A DNA stretch of 63,316 nucleotides from Octopus bimaculoides. Taxonomy: Eukaryota. Shown here piece by piece: positions 28,741-42,888 of this stretch. Numbering within the stretch: the stretch's first letter is position 1; every line of letters begins with the position of its first letter. The notes beneath the pieces are model-generated. The model saw nothing but the letters and a program-made list of their open reading frames with translations. It had not been told where the DNA came from and made no database searches. The stretch lies in assembly GCF_001194135.2 (NCBI RefSeq), contig NC_068981.1:75242528-75305843 (forward strand), read 5' to 3'. The position numbers and the translations under genes are program-made.

Positions 28741-29445
28741 AAACTTTTTTTGCACTTTCTGCTTTTTCCTATTGTCCTTTCTCCCTACTCTGGTTGTTGT
28801 TCCATGATAGATCGCTACACATTCTTTATTTTCTCCCCTTGTCTTTTTTTTCTGTGTTCCTTTCTGTAGAAGAGCGTAGGCTCGAAACGTTAAATACTTT
28901 TTCACTTCCCGAGCGTTAAAATAATACATCTATTTGTTGTCTACACCACCTGTCTTCATCTTATGTTTTTTTGTGAATTGTCCCCATATATTAAACGCTC
29001 ACGTGGTCGCACCAGTAGAAACTGTCTCCTCTCATCACCCAACGAACTTTTATAGATTCTCTATCTGGACTTTCTACTCTCGTACACTTCAGCTGCACCT
29101 CTCCTGCCCATGGATTACACTGGACTTCTCTGTTGATGAGAACTCGCTCCAATACACCACAACGTTCAAACCTCTTGAACTTTTTGTAACTTCTTTATAC
29201 TTTCTAACCTTTTTTTGCACTTTCTGCTTTTTCGTATTGTCGTTTCTTCCTACTCTGGTTGTTCCATGATAGATCGCTAGCCACTACACATTCTTTATTT
29301 TCTCTCCTTGATTCTTTCTGTGTTCCTGTCTGTTGAAGAGCGTAGGCTCGAAACATTAAAAACCTTTTCACTTCCCTAATACACCTGTTTGTTGTCTACA
29401 CCACCTGTCTTCATCTTATGTTTTGTTTTGTGAATTCTCCCCCCT
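28741..29445 (+). mobile_element. Penelope-type terminal repeat (pLTR-like), two direct copies around an internal segment
   Basis: About 28741-28990 and 29205-29445 are diverged direct copies (ttttttgcactttctgc...gaagagcgtaggctcgaaac...ctacaccacctgtcttcatcttatg). PLE assignment is inferred. Confidence 0.65.
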
Positions 29446-31211
29446 ATATATATATATATATATATATATCATACATACGCACGTATATGCATTCTAAAAT
29501 ATTATATGTGCATGTAGTAAATTTGTCCATGACCGATACTTTTTCATTTCTCAATAGCTTATCGATTGCAATAGATAGATTAATATGGTAGAGAAATGAT
29601 ATATTACAAACAGATTTGGCTTTGTGTTTTAGCCTTAACTTAAGTGACATCCACAGCTATTTCTCATTTTCGCAATTGCCATGCTTTATAATGCTTTACC
29701 ATGTTACATATCATCTGGATGTTTTCATAATATAATGGCTTACCATGGAGCTTCCCATCCATATTGCGTAAGTAAAAACAAAATCATACAATAATATATA
29801 CATACACACATATAGAGTATATATCTATATATATATACATATATATATGTGTGTGTGTGTGTATGTGTGTGTGTGTGCGTGCGTGCGTGTGTGTTTTTGT
29901 GTGTGTGTGTGTGTACGTGCGTGTGCGTGTGTGTGTGTGTGTATAAATCGCCAGCGCATTCTCATCACACTATTGGCTTATTTTGTTTCTACGAATGCGA
30001 TTCTTTTTGTTCTTTTAGTAGTGTAACATCAACAAAATTTTGTATATCCTTTCCATGTTCATCAGGGCCTCTCCTTATCGAAACTATAAATCGCTTGCAA
30101 CTTTATTTGTCCTGGAATCGAAATAAGTTTTTGACGTTGAAAATTTCAAATATATTCCGTACAGTTCAATAAGTTCGAGAAAATGATTTTGTTTACGCTC
30201 TTTATCAGAAACAGTCATTGAAAATGTCTAACGAAGAATTAAATTTAAAATAAATAATGCTATACATTACTGATGAGTAAGCCAATTTGCTGTATGTTAG
30301 CGACGTAAATATGCTTTGATTGGGATAAATACAATTAACGTATATTAGTTGAACCTACTTCACTCAAATTTAATTTGATATTGATTAAATGTAATTAAAA
30401 CTATATAATCATTGCAATTATTAATGGTCACGATGAGAAAGATATATCAATGAAAATCTAAATCAGCGGTTTTTTTTTATCTCAGTGGTGGTAGCAGAGT
30501 TCAAAAGTTTTGTCTGTTTATTTCTTTGTTAATTTATTTGGTTATTGTTTTGTTTCCTTACATGAGAAACTATTATATGTTTAAACTACTTTTGCATCTA
30601 TACAATAAAACTCCTGCAAAATAAAGGTTATTCTCGGATCGAAATCAACTGGTCCTGGTTTATATATCGCCAATCATGTATTATCTTAAAGAAATATGAA
30701 CTAACAGTTCAGATATAAAATGACAATAATCTAATGAGTTTAAAAACATTATGAAACTAATATTTTATTATCATTTACTCACTGATTAAATTAGTTTGCT
30801 TTCTAATTGAATTCCCGGGAGATATTTAATACTTAAGAGAAGAATATTGTTGCTAAAGTGAAGACAGAATACTTAGAGGAAGATACAATACTACAGACGT
30901 ATTCGTTTATGTATTGATCATATGGAGTAGCTAACATTTATTTGATGCTTATGTTTTATTTTCGAAAATCAAAAATAAAATTCCATAATTATCGCTGTAG
31001 TATGAATCCAGGTATTACGCAAAAAGATAAAATGTAAAAAAAAGTACAGAGGAGGAGAATAGAAACCGTAACTAATTGGCCAATGTGAAAATTCACTCTG
31101 AATGCGATTATATATAAGATTAATTTTTCTCTTTTGGTATTGGACTTATGCTGAAATACAATTGTCTTTCTGCTGTTATTTGAATTATATCATCGCATTT
31201 ACGTTCCTAAC

Positions 31212-31246
31212 CATGCAGGTAGTTCTGACGTTTATGAAAATCTCTC
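31212..31246 (-). CDS. Candidate small exon (RDFHKRQNYLH or EIFINVRTTCM, frame unresolved)
   Basis: Very strong acceptor gttattttgtttctctgcag and donor gttagg; two frames are open. Confidence 0.2.
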
Positions 31247-31889
31247 CTGCAGAGAAACAAAATAACATATATTTTTTTATTTGCGGTGAACACTACAAGA
31301 TTTTATAACAGGCGATCGCATGCTAGCATAGAATTGCAATATGATTTGACGCTTATTCTGCATACTAGTCACTGATTGAAAAAAATAACAGGGAAATGAA
31401 AACGTAATTTACTTGGTTGTGGTAGATACAGTATAAAGTAAAAATGAAAAATATAAAAGAAAATATTGAGATGTTTGAAGGATCAAAAGATTGTTGTGAT
31501 TACAGAGCTATTTGAATTATCCAGCTGGTTTTACTGCACTCGAAAGCTAGTAATTGCTATTCCCTTAATACATTCTGAGATTAAATTAAAAAAAAAAACT
31601 ACAGATGCATAGAATCGTCTTTTGGTGCTAAGATAAATCATTAAATGTTGCCATTTATGAGGCTGAGGCTGATAGAAGTAATTTCGTTCCATAATAGGAT
31701 TGCATAAGAGAGAAAGAATAGCCTTCAGTGAAATAATTCGGTTCAAATCTATTTGAAACTCATGTAGTAAAACAGATTATGAAGTACGTGTGCTTTGCAA
31801 TATGAAGAATAGAAGTAATTTTCAGATAATGCATTTGATTCAACAGTAACTAACGGATGACGTGTAACTCACAGAAAAACGCACTACAG

Positions 31890-31899
31890 CAAAAATCAA

Positions 31900-31974
<75 letters not shown>

Positions 31975-32086
31975 TCATATCATACCAAACTATTGATACA
32001 CTTATAATATATATATATATATATTATAAGTGTATCAATAGTTTGGAATGATATGAATAGATAGATAGATAGATAGATAGATAGAT
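31890..32086. repeat. Near-perfect spacerless palindrome centred on (AT)n and flanked by (ATCT)n/(AGAT)n
   Basis: Unique arm at about 31974-32007 versus 32023-32057 with one mismatch. Confidence 0.9.
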
Positions 32087-33118
32087 NNNNNNNNNNNNNN
32101 NNNNNNNNNNNNNNNNNNNNNNNNNNNNNNNNNNNNNNNNNNNNNNNNNNNNNNNNNNNNNNNNNNNNNNNNNNNNNNNNNNNNNNNNNNNNNNNNNNNN
32201 NNNNNNNNNNNNNNNNNNNNNNNNNNNNNNNNNNNNNNNNNNATATATATATATATATATATATATACAAATTCATGGAATGGCGTACATGTAATCCAAG
32301 CTACATATGTTTAATAGCTGGCAAAATCTTGTAAATAGTAATTACCCAAATGAGGGATAATTGGACAATTTGCTAGCTACTGGTCCGGCCAAAGATAGCT
32401 TAGTCAACTGAAAGTTACATTCTTGTCAAGAGATCCCATTTAACTTTCAGGTGATTTGACTGAAAATGCGTGGAGAACAAAAGGGAAAACATATTTTTGA
32501 AGACATAATGTATGGGAGTAAGTAAATGCCTAAATTTATTAAAGAAAAGAATAAGAATACGAATGAAGAAAAATAGAGGGGAAAGAATACCAGAAAAAAT
32601 TGGTATTACTGAGGCTGGCTAGGGAAAAATCTTTGTGAATCTCGGCTGGGGTCATTTGCTGGGTTTATTGTAGAATAAATAAGTAAATATACTGTAGCAA
32701 CTTGTAAATACATGCAAACGGAGTCAAAGTAGAATAAAAAGGAAGAATGTCGGAGAGAAATAGAGGGTGGTAGAAAATAATGTCTTTTTCAGCTCATCGA
32801 ACTTCGATATGGAAAAATTTACAACCTTCTATCAATAAATCAATATTGTTCCTGAAAGTTGTTTCTTATACCTCCAATGGAGAGCTCGAATACTACTACC
32901 TTCCTACACTTTGATCATTGGATCTTAGCTTTAGATCTTACTATATATATATATATATGTTCATACACATACACCTTTGCTTAAGTCGTTTCGACGTAGA
33001 TTATTTCAGAAGACACGTCTTATCATGGCTACCGAATAAGTGTCACATATTTTTACAGGTAAATTCCTCTATTTACATAATATCGAGGTCTCTTTCTTTC
33101 TTTTGTTGTCCTTTCTAT

Positions 33119-33166
<48 letters not shown>

Positions 33167-33489
33167 GTTTGTGCATATAGAAGTATGCACGTATTGTGTA
33201 GGGGCATATGTGACTATATGTGTTTGTGTACACAAACGCGTAAGAACACTAAGATTTTCTAATTATATGTGAAATCTTGAAAATAAATATTGTAAATGTG
33301 ACATTCGAAATATAGGGAGACACATAGAAAAATAAAAATTGTTAGACATATCTCAATTATTAAACTTTTGATGGATAAAATTGAAAATTCCTTTATCAGA
33401 AAATAATTTATGCAATTGCACAAGGTTAAAAAACATATTGGGGATCGTAATTTAATAACCAGGACACGTTATTAACTACAATGATTTCT

Positions 33490-33557
<68 letters not shown>

Positions 33558-33580
33558 ATACTACTACTACTACTACTGTA
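33490..33580. repeat. (TAC)n microsatellite
   Basis: Read directly from the sequence. Confidence 0.95.
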
Positions 33581-33864
33581 ACAGCATATTTACTAAGGTT
33601 AACACTAATAGTAGTTAATACTTTCCACTATAAGCAAACAGCTTGTATTTTAGGGTGAGAGCTAATGAAATATATCGACGAGTGCTGAACTGGTACTTAA
33701 TAATAGTTACAATAATAATAATAATAATAATAATTTCTCATGGAGCGAAATGTTTCTCTGTAGACCACACCGGCAACTATACAATGACTTATTGCAAGCG
33801 TGACTCTACATAGTTTGCTGTAGTGAATAAGCGAAACCACTATATAAACATATAAACCAAGCAC

Positions 33865-34345
33865 AAATGTCCTTCAGACAAAGAACAACACTTCATAGGG
33901 AACAAATTCGCCTCCCATTGTATAAACAGATACAGGTCAGTGAACACATGGATAGCTGCGCTAGGAACCTCAAACCAAACTTCTTAATCTTTCCTTTTTA
34001 TCAATGTTCGCAGGACGCCTCAGTGCAGCAAAGATTAAATAAAGAGGCATTGTTCATTGATAAATATCAGCCACAACTTAATATGAACACAGAATTCAGT
34101 ACATGACACTACTAACCTTACTAATATCAATAATCCCACTAATCTTCAAATACATCTCGAATGCTACTTTCAATTCTAGTAATCATATGTACATTAATTA
34201 CATCCCCTTTTAGAAGTGCTTACTTCCTTTACATCCATTTGTTTCACTTAAGTATATGTTTATACCCAACATTGCTTGACAACCTTTGTTGATTCATAGT
34301 CAGAGACTACCTATAGCGAAACCGGTATGACATTTTATAATTAGT
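33865..34345 (+). mobile_element. Penelope-like element 3' end (GIY-YIG C-terminus and tail)
   Basis: ORF 33867-34106 ...HREQIRLPLYKQIQVSEHMDSC...NFLIFPFYQC...RLNKEALFIDKYQPQLN fits the R..EH...E..fI..y.P.LN pattern of PLE endonucleases. Confidence 0.75.
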
Positions 34346-34502
34346 TTTATACATCTTAATTTGGCTTCAACTCCTTTGCTTGTAATATATATTTGTTTTT
34401 AAAAAACCCATTACATTCATACCTAGTATGAATTTTTTTTGTTTCTCGTTACATTTTCATTTAATTACACCACATGTTTTTTTTTTCTTTTAAACCTGTT
34501 TC

Positions 34503-34544
<42 letters not shown>

Positions 34545-36022
34545 NNNNNNNNNNNNNNNNNNNNNNNNNNNNNNNNNNNNNNNNNNNNNNNNNNNNNNNN
34601 NNNNNNNNNNNNNNNNNNNNNNNNNNNNNNNNNNNNNNNNNNNNNNNNNNNNNNNNNNNNNNNNNNNNNNNNNNNNNNNNNNNNNCATGTCCGGTTTAAA
34701 GATTTATGTACTAGAAAAGAAAAGATGGCGGCTATATATAATATCCGCACAAGAATATTACACTAACATTTGCAAGATATATTTCAGAGCATGCCAAAGG
34801 GAATATACAGCAGGACATGTCAATTCATGAAGACAGGAATATTAAAGGAAATCGATTATCTGTTATTCACATAGACTATTACGGAAAATCGGAAACCCAA
34901 TGGACAAAAATTTATCTCATTAAGACATGAAGAAATGAGACGAATATAAACGCATGAAATTAAATATACCCAGAAAATGAAGTTTGGAAACAGAACTAAT
35001 CACTTGTGAATGTTAAAAAGACCTTTACAAAATTGCATACAAATTTTCATGCGCACTTACAATACAAAAATTATAGCGAGACTTCACAATAGAAAACAAA
35101 ACATAACACTGTTTATAGAATCCCTCACAGCTCTACTCGCAACATAATAAGTCTATGTTAATAACGATTTATGTAAATATCTTTGGTGTGACGTGTAATA
35201 ATTTAGATAACATACAAGTTCAACTGGATATAAGACCAACAAGAAAGAAATAAGGCACTAGGGGATTTTAGTAAATACATTTTTCTTAGAGACTGGAGAC
35301 GCATACAGGGGTGGCTTTTCAAATTTTCAGTGAAAGATGATTAGACTGACCATTTATCTAATTAGAAATATATTTTAAATTGTTATGTTTATGAAAGAGA
35401 AAGGAAGTCTATGTAACCGTGTGAACTGGGGACTTTTGAAAACTAAAATGGCTTAAACAGAGAATGAAATCCTGAGTTTTAACCTCTTGATCTACAATGT
35501 TGGCTACATCGTACATCAAATATTACAAAGTGATAAAGTATTGATATGATAATATAATTGACAATAAAATATGATGCGATTACATAACCGAACTAGTTAT
35601 TATCTGCATAAAATATTATATGTGAATACCTTTAGAAAAAATATGTTGTAAATTCTTCAACTAGAATAATTTAGGCATTGTTAGCGTGCCATAATTCAGC
35701 CATTGTTAGCATATGAAATACACCGTGGAATATTGTATTCAATAATAATGTTTTCCGGTATCACATTTACGAGAATGTGTAAAATAGAAACCACAAGGAA
35801 AAAATAACAAAATTCGTTGAGTAGTCCCAAATTTATATGGAGTTCTGAAAGATTTCACTTCAGAGAATGCACCTTCTTTTATCATGGATGATAGCACACT
35901 TATACAAATTGCACAATAAATGCATCTCATACTAACTTGCTATTGTACGGATGATATTATCCTTTAACCAAAGGGAGATTTCGGATGCTGCATCACACAC
36001 GCACCCCTAGACACAAACACAC

Positions 36023-36076
<54 letters not shown>

Positions 36077-36559
36077 NNNNNNNNNNNNNNNNNNNNNNNN
36101 NNNNNNNNNNNNNNNNNNNNNNNNNNNNNNNNNNNNNNNNNNNNNNNNNNNNNNNNNNNNNNNNNNNNNNNNNNNNNNNNNNNNNNNNNNNNNNNNNNNN
36201 NNNNNNNNNNNNNNNNNNNNNNNNNNNNNNNNNNNNNNNNNNNNNNNNNNNNNNNNNNNNNNNNNNNNNNNNNNNNNNNNNNNNNNNNNNNNNNNNNNNN
36301 NNNNNNNNNNNNNNNNNNNNNNNNNNNNNNNNNNNNNNNNNNNNNNNNNNNNNNNNNNNNNNNNNNNNNNNNNNNNNNNNNNNNNNNNNNNNNNNNNNNN
36401 NNNNNNNNNNNNNNNNNNNNNNNNNNNNNNNNNNNNNNNNNNNNNNNNNNNNNNNNNNNNNNNNNNNNNNNNNNATATATATATATTTCCCTACTTCCCA
36501 TAGATATAACAGAATTTTTTCCCGTAAGACAGTTAGAATCTCGTATTCTACACTCACCA

Positions 36560-36935
36560 ATATGGGTACCATCATAGCAAGGTTAAACAGAAAGAATATA
36601 AAATCGGCAAGAGGTATTAATAATAATATTACTGTCAACACTAGCTTAAACTCCTACAATGAGAATGATATTAATGGTGATGTAGAAATTAGAAACAGCA
36701 GTACTAACGCGTCTAATATATAAAATTTAGCCTGTAACTCCGAGGTTTATAGTAGCACGGAGATTACTGATACAACACCTGTTGATGCTGAAATGAATTT
36801 GAATGATAGTTTAATTGAAGGAAGTATAAATAATAACAGAAATAAAAATAACACATACCATAGTAGTAGTAGGGTTAATAATAATAATAATAAGAATGAT
36901 AATGATAATAATAATAATAATAATANNNNNNNNNN

Positions 36936-36981
<46 letters not shown>

Positions 36982-37450
36982 TCGGAATATCAATAATATT
37001 AATAGTAGTAATTCTCCTGGTTGCAATTGTAGAGGTAAATCCCACTGATCGTTATTAGGTGGATGTCTAATCCAAAACGTAATTTATAAATGTACAATCA
37101 TAACCGAAGCTGGTAACTTTATATATATAGGATCTTCGATAAATATGAAAAAAACGTATCACTGACCATTTTTCATATTTTAAACTCAAACATAAAGCCA
37201 ATTGTACGTCTTTCTCTAGCAAGATTTGAGAACTGAGGGAATGCGGAATCGAATTTAGCCTTAAATGGGATATAATACGGAAAGCGCAGCCTTATATAGT
37301 CGATACGCGGCGTGTGAGATGTGTTCCATGGAAACTTATGAGATTTTTAAGTATAGGGACAAGAACAACCTGATTAATAATAGATTAGGTCGAAGGGTAT
37401 CGTGTGAATATAGCGTAACCCGTACATTTAAGTATTCTCGAAATTAGCGA
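36560..37450 (+). mobile_element. Penelope-like element fragment: Asn-rich linker, Cys linker and GIY-YIG domain
   Basis: GCNCRGKSH*SLLGGCLIQNVIYKCTI...IYIGSS...LKWDIIRKAQPY...CEMCSMETYEIFKY...NLINNR, with stops and frameshifts. Confidence 0.75.
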
Positions 37451-38314
37451 TTAGAGGTGCTATACTTGAACTTTGATGGTGGAAGTTATTTTTGGTGTCG
37501 TATCAATTGTGAACTTTCCCTCTAGTAATATATATATATATATATATAAATAATAAAATCATGAAATATTGAGTTATATGGTGAACTAAATTGCATTGCG
37601 TATGTTACAAGCCTATATGCTATGGTATGTGGTGTGCTACATGTAATTACTATCCCATGAAAACTCCTGCCTAATTAGTCTGACTTCATCATGTTTGTGG
37701 TGATTAAACTAGTTGTTCCTTTCTATGATGCTCTACCCTACTGAGCATACTATGTATATTTGTAATGGCTTTTATGTAAGTATGTCCCCTAGAAACTACA
37801 AAATCATATATGTAATAGAATCTGTAACATTGCGACGTATAAAATCTCTCCAGTCTGAATACCTCCAACTGCCCTCGCAACTCCCATACCTACTAATTCC
37901 TATTTTGGGGTTATATTTATCTCTTCTTTACCTCAAATTTTAATACCCTGTCTCTTTAAACGTAAGTTATATTTATTTCTTATCATTTGCTATGAATTCT
38001 TATTATTTTGTTTTCTTACTTTGATACTCTTACCTATAAACCTCTTATCCCTCTAAGTTGTTACTGTTCTTAGATAGAGATAGATGCATTCTAGTTACTT
38101 AAGTCTATGCGAGATGTTTATACTATATTCATGCAAACGTATATTTGTGTATGTGAGGATGTGTGCACATAGATAAAAATGTGTGTGTATCTGTACACAA
38201 CTTTATTTTTCTGATTCTTGGCTTATCTACTACATATGTGGAAAATCGGTCTGGATTTGTTTGTGACGTTGTTAGCTAACTCCTCCTCTTTCGCTTTATG
38301 GATTTTGATAAAAC

Positions 38315-38751
38315 TTGACACGCGAGTAGAACTCGTGTTTAGAAACTTCGTAACAAACTTAGATTGTTGAAAAAATCGATAATACGGCCCCTGAAAGGGA
38401 CCTTTATCTCTTCCGCATATAACGAATGTTTTTAAACACCCAAGGCAAATAACCCATAGCACCTGTACAATATTTTGTTTTTAAACACTCGAAGGAAATA
38501 ACCCATTTCATTGTTTATTTTCGATTACTTTGAATATTTATTTTTTGTATGTCCCATTTCTAATTCTTGCAGACAATATCACTTTTATACTTTATTTGAC
38601 ACATGAGTAGAACTCCTGTCTGGAAACCTCGTGGCATACTTAGATCGTTGAAAAAAATCGATAATAGGGCCCTTCCAATGGATCTTTTTATCTACAACAT
38701 ATTACTAATAATTTATTTAAACAACTGAAGGGATATAACCCATACAACCTG
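38315..38751 (-). repeat. Diverged direct duplication (38315-38465 and 38596-38751)
   Basis: Shared blocks ttgacac..gagtagaactc, cttagat.gttgaaaaaatcgataata.ggccc and ataacccata.cacctg. Confidence 0.8.
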
Positions 38752-39442
38752 CAGATTTCATCGAAGCGACCAATATTTGATTCTCACGATCAGCCAACCT
38801 AATTCTGCATTTCACTAGTCACAGTTTTGAACTACTAAACATTATTATTGCACTTCCTTAATTTGAATCTTAAACCTTAACGACTTCATTCATACATTTC
38901 TATACATACATACTTTTTGAATGCCCATTACTCTGATAATTCTGCATTTTTACAGTTGCAATTTTCCATGACAGTAGATACAATTTTTATTCCACAACAT
39001 GTTTGTAGTGGCTTCATGCAGGCATAGCGTGGATTCGATGCTCGATTGCCAAATTTCACTTAACACTTCAACGCTTTTCTCACGGTAAAACAATAGTGTG
39101 TCTGTGAATGACAGCGATATACATTTCCCAGATACCTTCTCTTAGCAGAATAATGTCTTTGCCTCTCGCCAACTTCCGACAATCTTTTTTACCAACCTCC
39201 GAAAACCTCTCTCGCCAACCTCCAACAATCTCTCCCACTACGAGCTAACAGTGTTTTGTATTTCTTCGTGACGGAAAATACACCTTTTGTGGCAGTTATA
39301 ACGAAATTGCTTTCTTATATCAGAGTAATAAGGCGTTTCAATAGAACATCTTTATCCCCGGAAATTACCGTATACACTAGCTAGTAATTAATATATCGAT
39401 AGCATATTCGTCTTTCCAGTATTCCATCAGTAAATGCCCACC

Positions 39443-39527
<85 letters not shown>

Positions 39528-40104
39528 AATATACATACATACACACACATTTTATTTATTTTGGTTATGATATCATTTTTGATAATCTAAAATTTTATCT
39601 GTATACAACATAACAATATTGTTTATAAACAATCACTCACAGTACCCCAGGATAAAATTTCCTCTTTATTAACATCACAGATTTTATTAGCGTCTTTCTC
39701 CTTTAACTTATAACTAACGTCATGATTTGGGGTCTTCCCCTACCCAGCCTACTTTATAGACAGATACTATATACCCAATTTACTACTCCTAAAACCTTGA
39801 CAATATTTATGACCATACCTACCCATAAGCTGTCAACTCACTCTTGCCCTTCATTCTAAACAGACACAGTCCTCTAGTCTTACATTTAGGAGTTGATAAA
39901 ATGAGTAATATATTAAAAATGAACCACAATTCTTTACAAACTATGACCCCAGTGAGCTTCATGCATTTCTTGGAAGTGTAGTGTATTCTTAGTTACAATA
40001 CTGTATTTGAGCGAAATCATATTAATGTGTCCGACTGATTAAAATTCTATTTATGTATTTGTGCAGCTGATGATAGCCCTGCATTTAAAGTGATGTATTG
40101 ATTG

Positions 40105-40691
40105 TATTGTTCAATTGAATGGAGCCGCTTGAAACTTTTGTACTGCATGACTTCTTGATATCCTGTTGCATATTTTGATTTTATTCACCTTACTTCGAAC
40201 TGTGCGGATAATACCGGACTCAATTATTTCTGTTATATATATATTTTTTTTTGAAGTTAAGCAACAGAAATTGAATAGGTTACAGCAGTACGTACGTTTC
40301 GTACAAGCTCCATTTATTCATGTAGTGAGAACACTACAGAAAATACAATGAAAGTACATTTTCATTGTATTNNNNNNNNNNNNNNNNNNNNNNNNNNNNN
40401 NNNNNNNNNNNNNNNNNNNNNNNNNNNNNNNNNNNNNNNNNNNNNNNNNNNNNNNNNNNNNNNNNNNNNNNNNNNNNNNNNNNNNNNNNNNNNNNNNNNN
40501 NNNNNNNNNNNNNNNNNNNNNNNNNNNNNNNNNNNNNNNNNNNNNNNNNNNNNNNNNNNNNNNNNNNNNNNNNNNNNNNNNNNNNNNNNNNNNNNNNNNN
40601 NNNNNNNNNNNNNNNNNNNNNNNNNNNNNNNNNNNNNNNNNNNNNNNNNNNNNNNNNNNNNNNNNNNNNNNNNNNNNNNNNNNNNNNNNNN

Positions 40692-40730
<39 letters not shown>

Positions 40731-40895
40731 AATAATTGAGATTCAGTTGAATTAGGCATTTACGTTGGCGCACCAAATCAGTCCGGTATTATCCGCACAG
40801 TTCGAAGTAAAGTGAATAAAATCAAAATATGCAACAGGATATCAAGAAGTGACGCAGTACAAAAGTTTCAAGCGGCTCCATTTAATTGGACAATA
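40105..40895. mobile_element. MITE-like element or inverted duplication with 116-bp inverted arms
   Basis: 40105-40220 matches the reverse complement of 40780-40895 with about 5 mismatches; the interior contains a gap. Confidence 0.7.
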
Positions 40896-42856
40896 TATGC
40901 ATATAAATTGGGAGATAAGTCAAGGTAAATATAAAGTATATTAATTATACCAGTTTTTATTGTTAACTTTGTTATATATATGTACATAGTTATTTGCATT
41001 TGTGTATGGTTATATGTGCGTAAGGCTTCTAAAACAACCTGCTATATTTTACTGCCTGACGAAGGTTGTTCATCGGAAACTTTGAAGTAGCTGTCAATTT
41101 TTTTTTTATTATTTATATCTTATTTTGTTTATTTTTGGAAAGAAGAAAATGAATATGATACTCTCTTGAGTGTTATAGATAGATCCTCCAATTAGTATTT
41201 GACGATGTTCTTATTCTAAATGAATAGTTTTCTAGTTCTGGTTGTTAGCAAGAAATGATTCAGCAACAACCTATACATATTTCAATAAACCTACCAAAAT
41301 GAAGAAAATCTACTCGAACACACTACACTAAGAAAAAGATTAGATTTCCCCAAACAAGCTGGGAAGAAATTCTCTACTACGAAATGGCAGAAATTCCATA
41401 AATTAGTACGAATTCAAAGAAGCAGAATGTCTTCCAACTCCTGCTAAAGCCATTAAAAACTATATCTTTCAGGATAAAACACCGAGTAAAATAATCTGAA
41501 GCAGAAAATCCAGTGAATATGTGAATTGCAGAACTTTTAATCAGTTTAAGATATTCGTCGGCGTCACCGTTTTATACAAGTAACCAAAGTACTGAATTTG
41601 AGATATATCCTGCACAATTGTAACTCACTCACGTGAATTTGTATGAATATTTGAATTCCTGGTCCAAATAAAAATTTCATACGTTCAACACCAATCTTTG
41701 AATTGGACCTGTGACTGATAATCTTATAAAACCTAGCACTTCACGTCAATGTTTAGACAAGTTTCAAGCCACCGAAACAGTAATGTCATAGATATCTCGA
41801 CATCAACTAGTAAAATAGACACCTTTCTGACCCGTGCTCTATATAACTCTAAACTCTCCCATTTGAGTTTACATATAATCTTCAATGAACCAAAATAATA
41901 ACATAACAACAATCACATTTTCCGTCACCAAATTAAATCTACTCTGGAGTGGACATCTAGGCAAATTTAACAAAACATTGTTAACTGTTCTACGAAAATC
42001 ATTCGACTATCTTATTGTTTCCAACAACCTCGCATGTATGTCTCCCTACTCCACTTCTCCCTCCTAATTTTCACCTTTTTGATGTCTAGTCTTCTCCACG
42101 TCTTCTCCTCATTATTCTGATTAAATTCGCCAAAGGATCATTATATTTGTATCTCCTCAACCCAACAGTCATATAGCCATAAGCATCGAGCGTAATTTAT
42201 TGGTGTACTACTAGGAACATACTCAACACTTAGATATAAACTTATATANNNNNNNNNNNNNNNNNNNNNNNNNNNNNNNNNNNNNNNNNNNNNNNNNNNN
42301 NNNNNNNNNNNNNNNNNNNNNNNNNNNNNNNNNNNNNNNNNNNNNNNNNNNNNNNNNNNNNNNNNNNNNNNNNNNNNNNNNNNNNNNNNNNNNNNNNNNN
42401 NNNNNNNNNNNNNNNNNNNNNNNNNNNNNNNNNNNNNNNNNNNNNNNNNNNNNNNNNNNNNNNNNNNNNNNNNNNNNNNNNNNNNNNNNNNNNNNNNNNN
42501 NNNNNNNNNNNNNNNNNNNNNNNNNNNNNNNNNNNNNNNNNNNNNNNNNNNNNNNNNNNNNNNNNNNNNNNNNNNNNNNNNNNNNNNNNNNNNNNNNNNN
42601 NNNNNNNNNNNNNNNNNNNNNNNNNNNNNNNNNNNNNNNNNNNNNNNNNNNNNNNNNNNNNNNNNNNNNNNNNNNNNNNNNNNNNNNNNNNNNNNNNNNN
42701 NNNNNNNNNNNNNNNNNNNNNNNNNNNNNNNNNNNNNNNNNNNNNNNNNNNNNNNNNNNNNNNNNNNNNNNNNNNNNNNNNNNNNNNNNNNNNNNNNNNN
42801 NNNNNNNNNNNNNNNNNNNNNNNNNNNNNNNNNNNNNNNNNNNNNNNNNNNNNNNN

Positions 42857-42888
<32 letters not shown>

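Noticed and set aside
41056-41095. ctgacga...gaaac...gtc hammerhead-like spacing
   Set aside because: Helices I, II and III do not pair convincingly.
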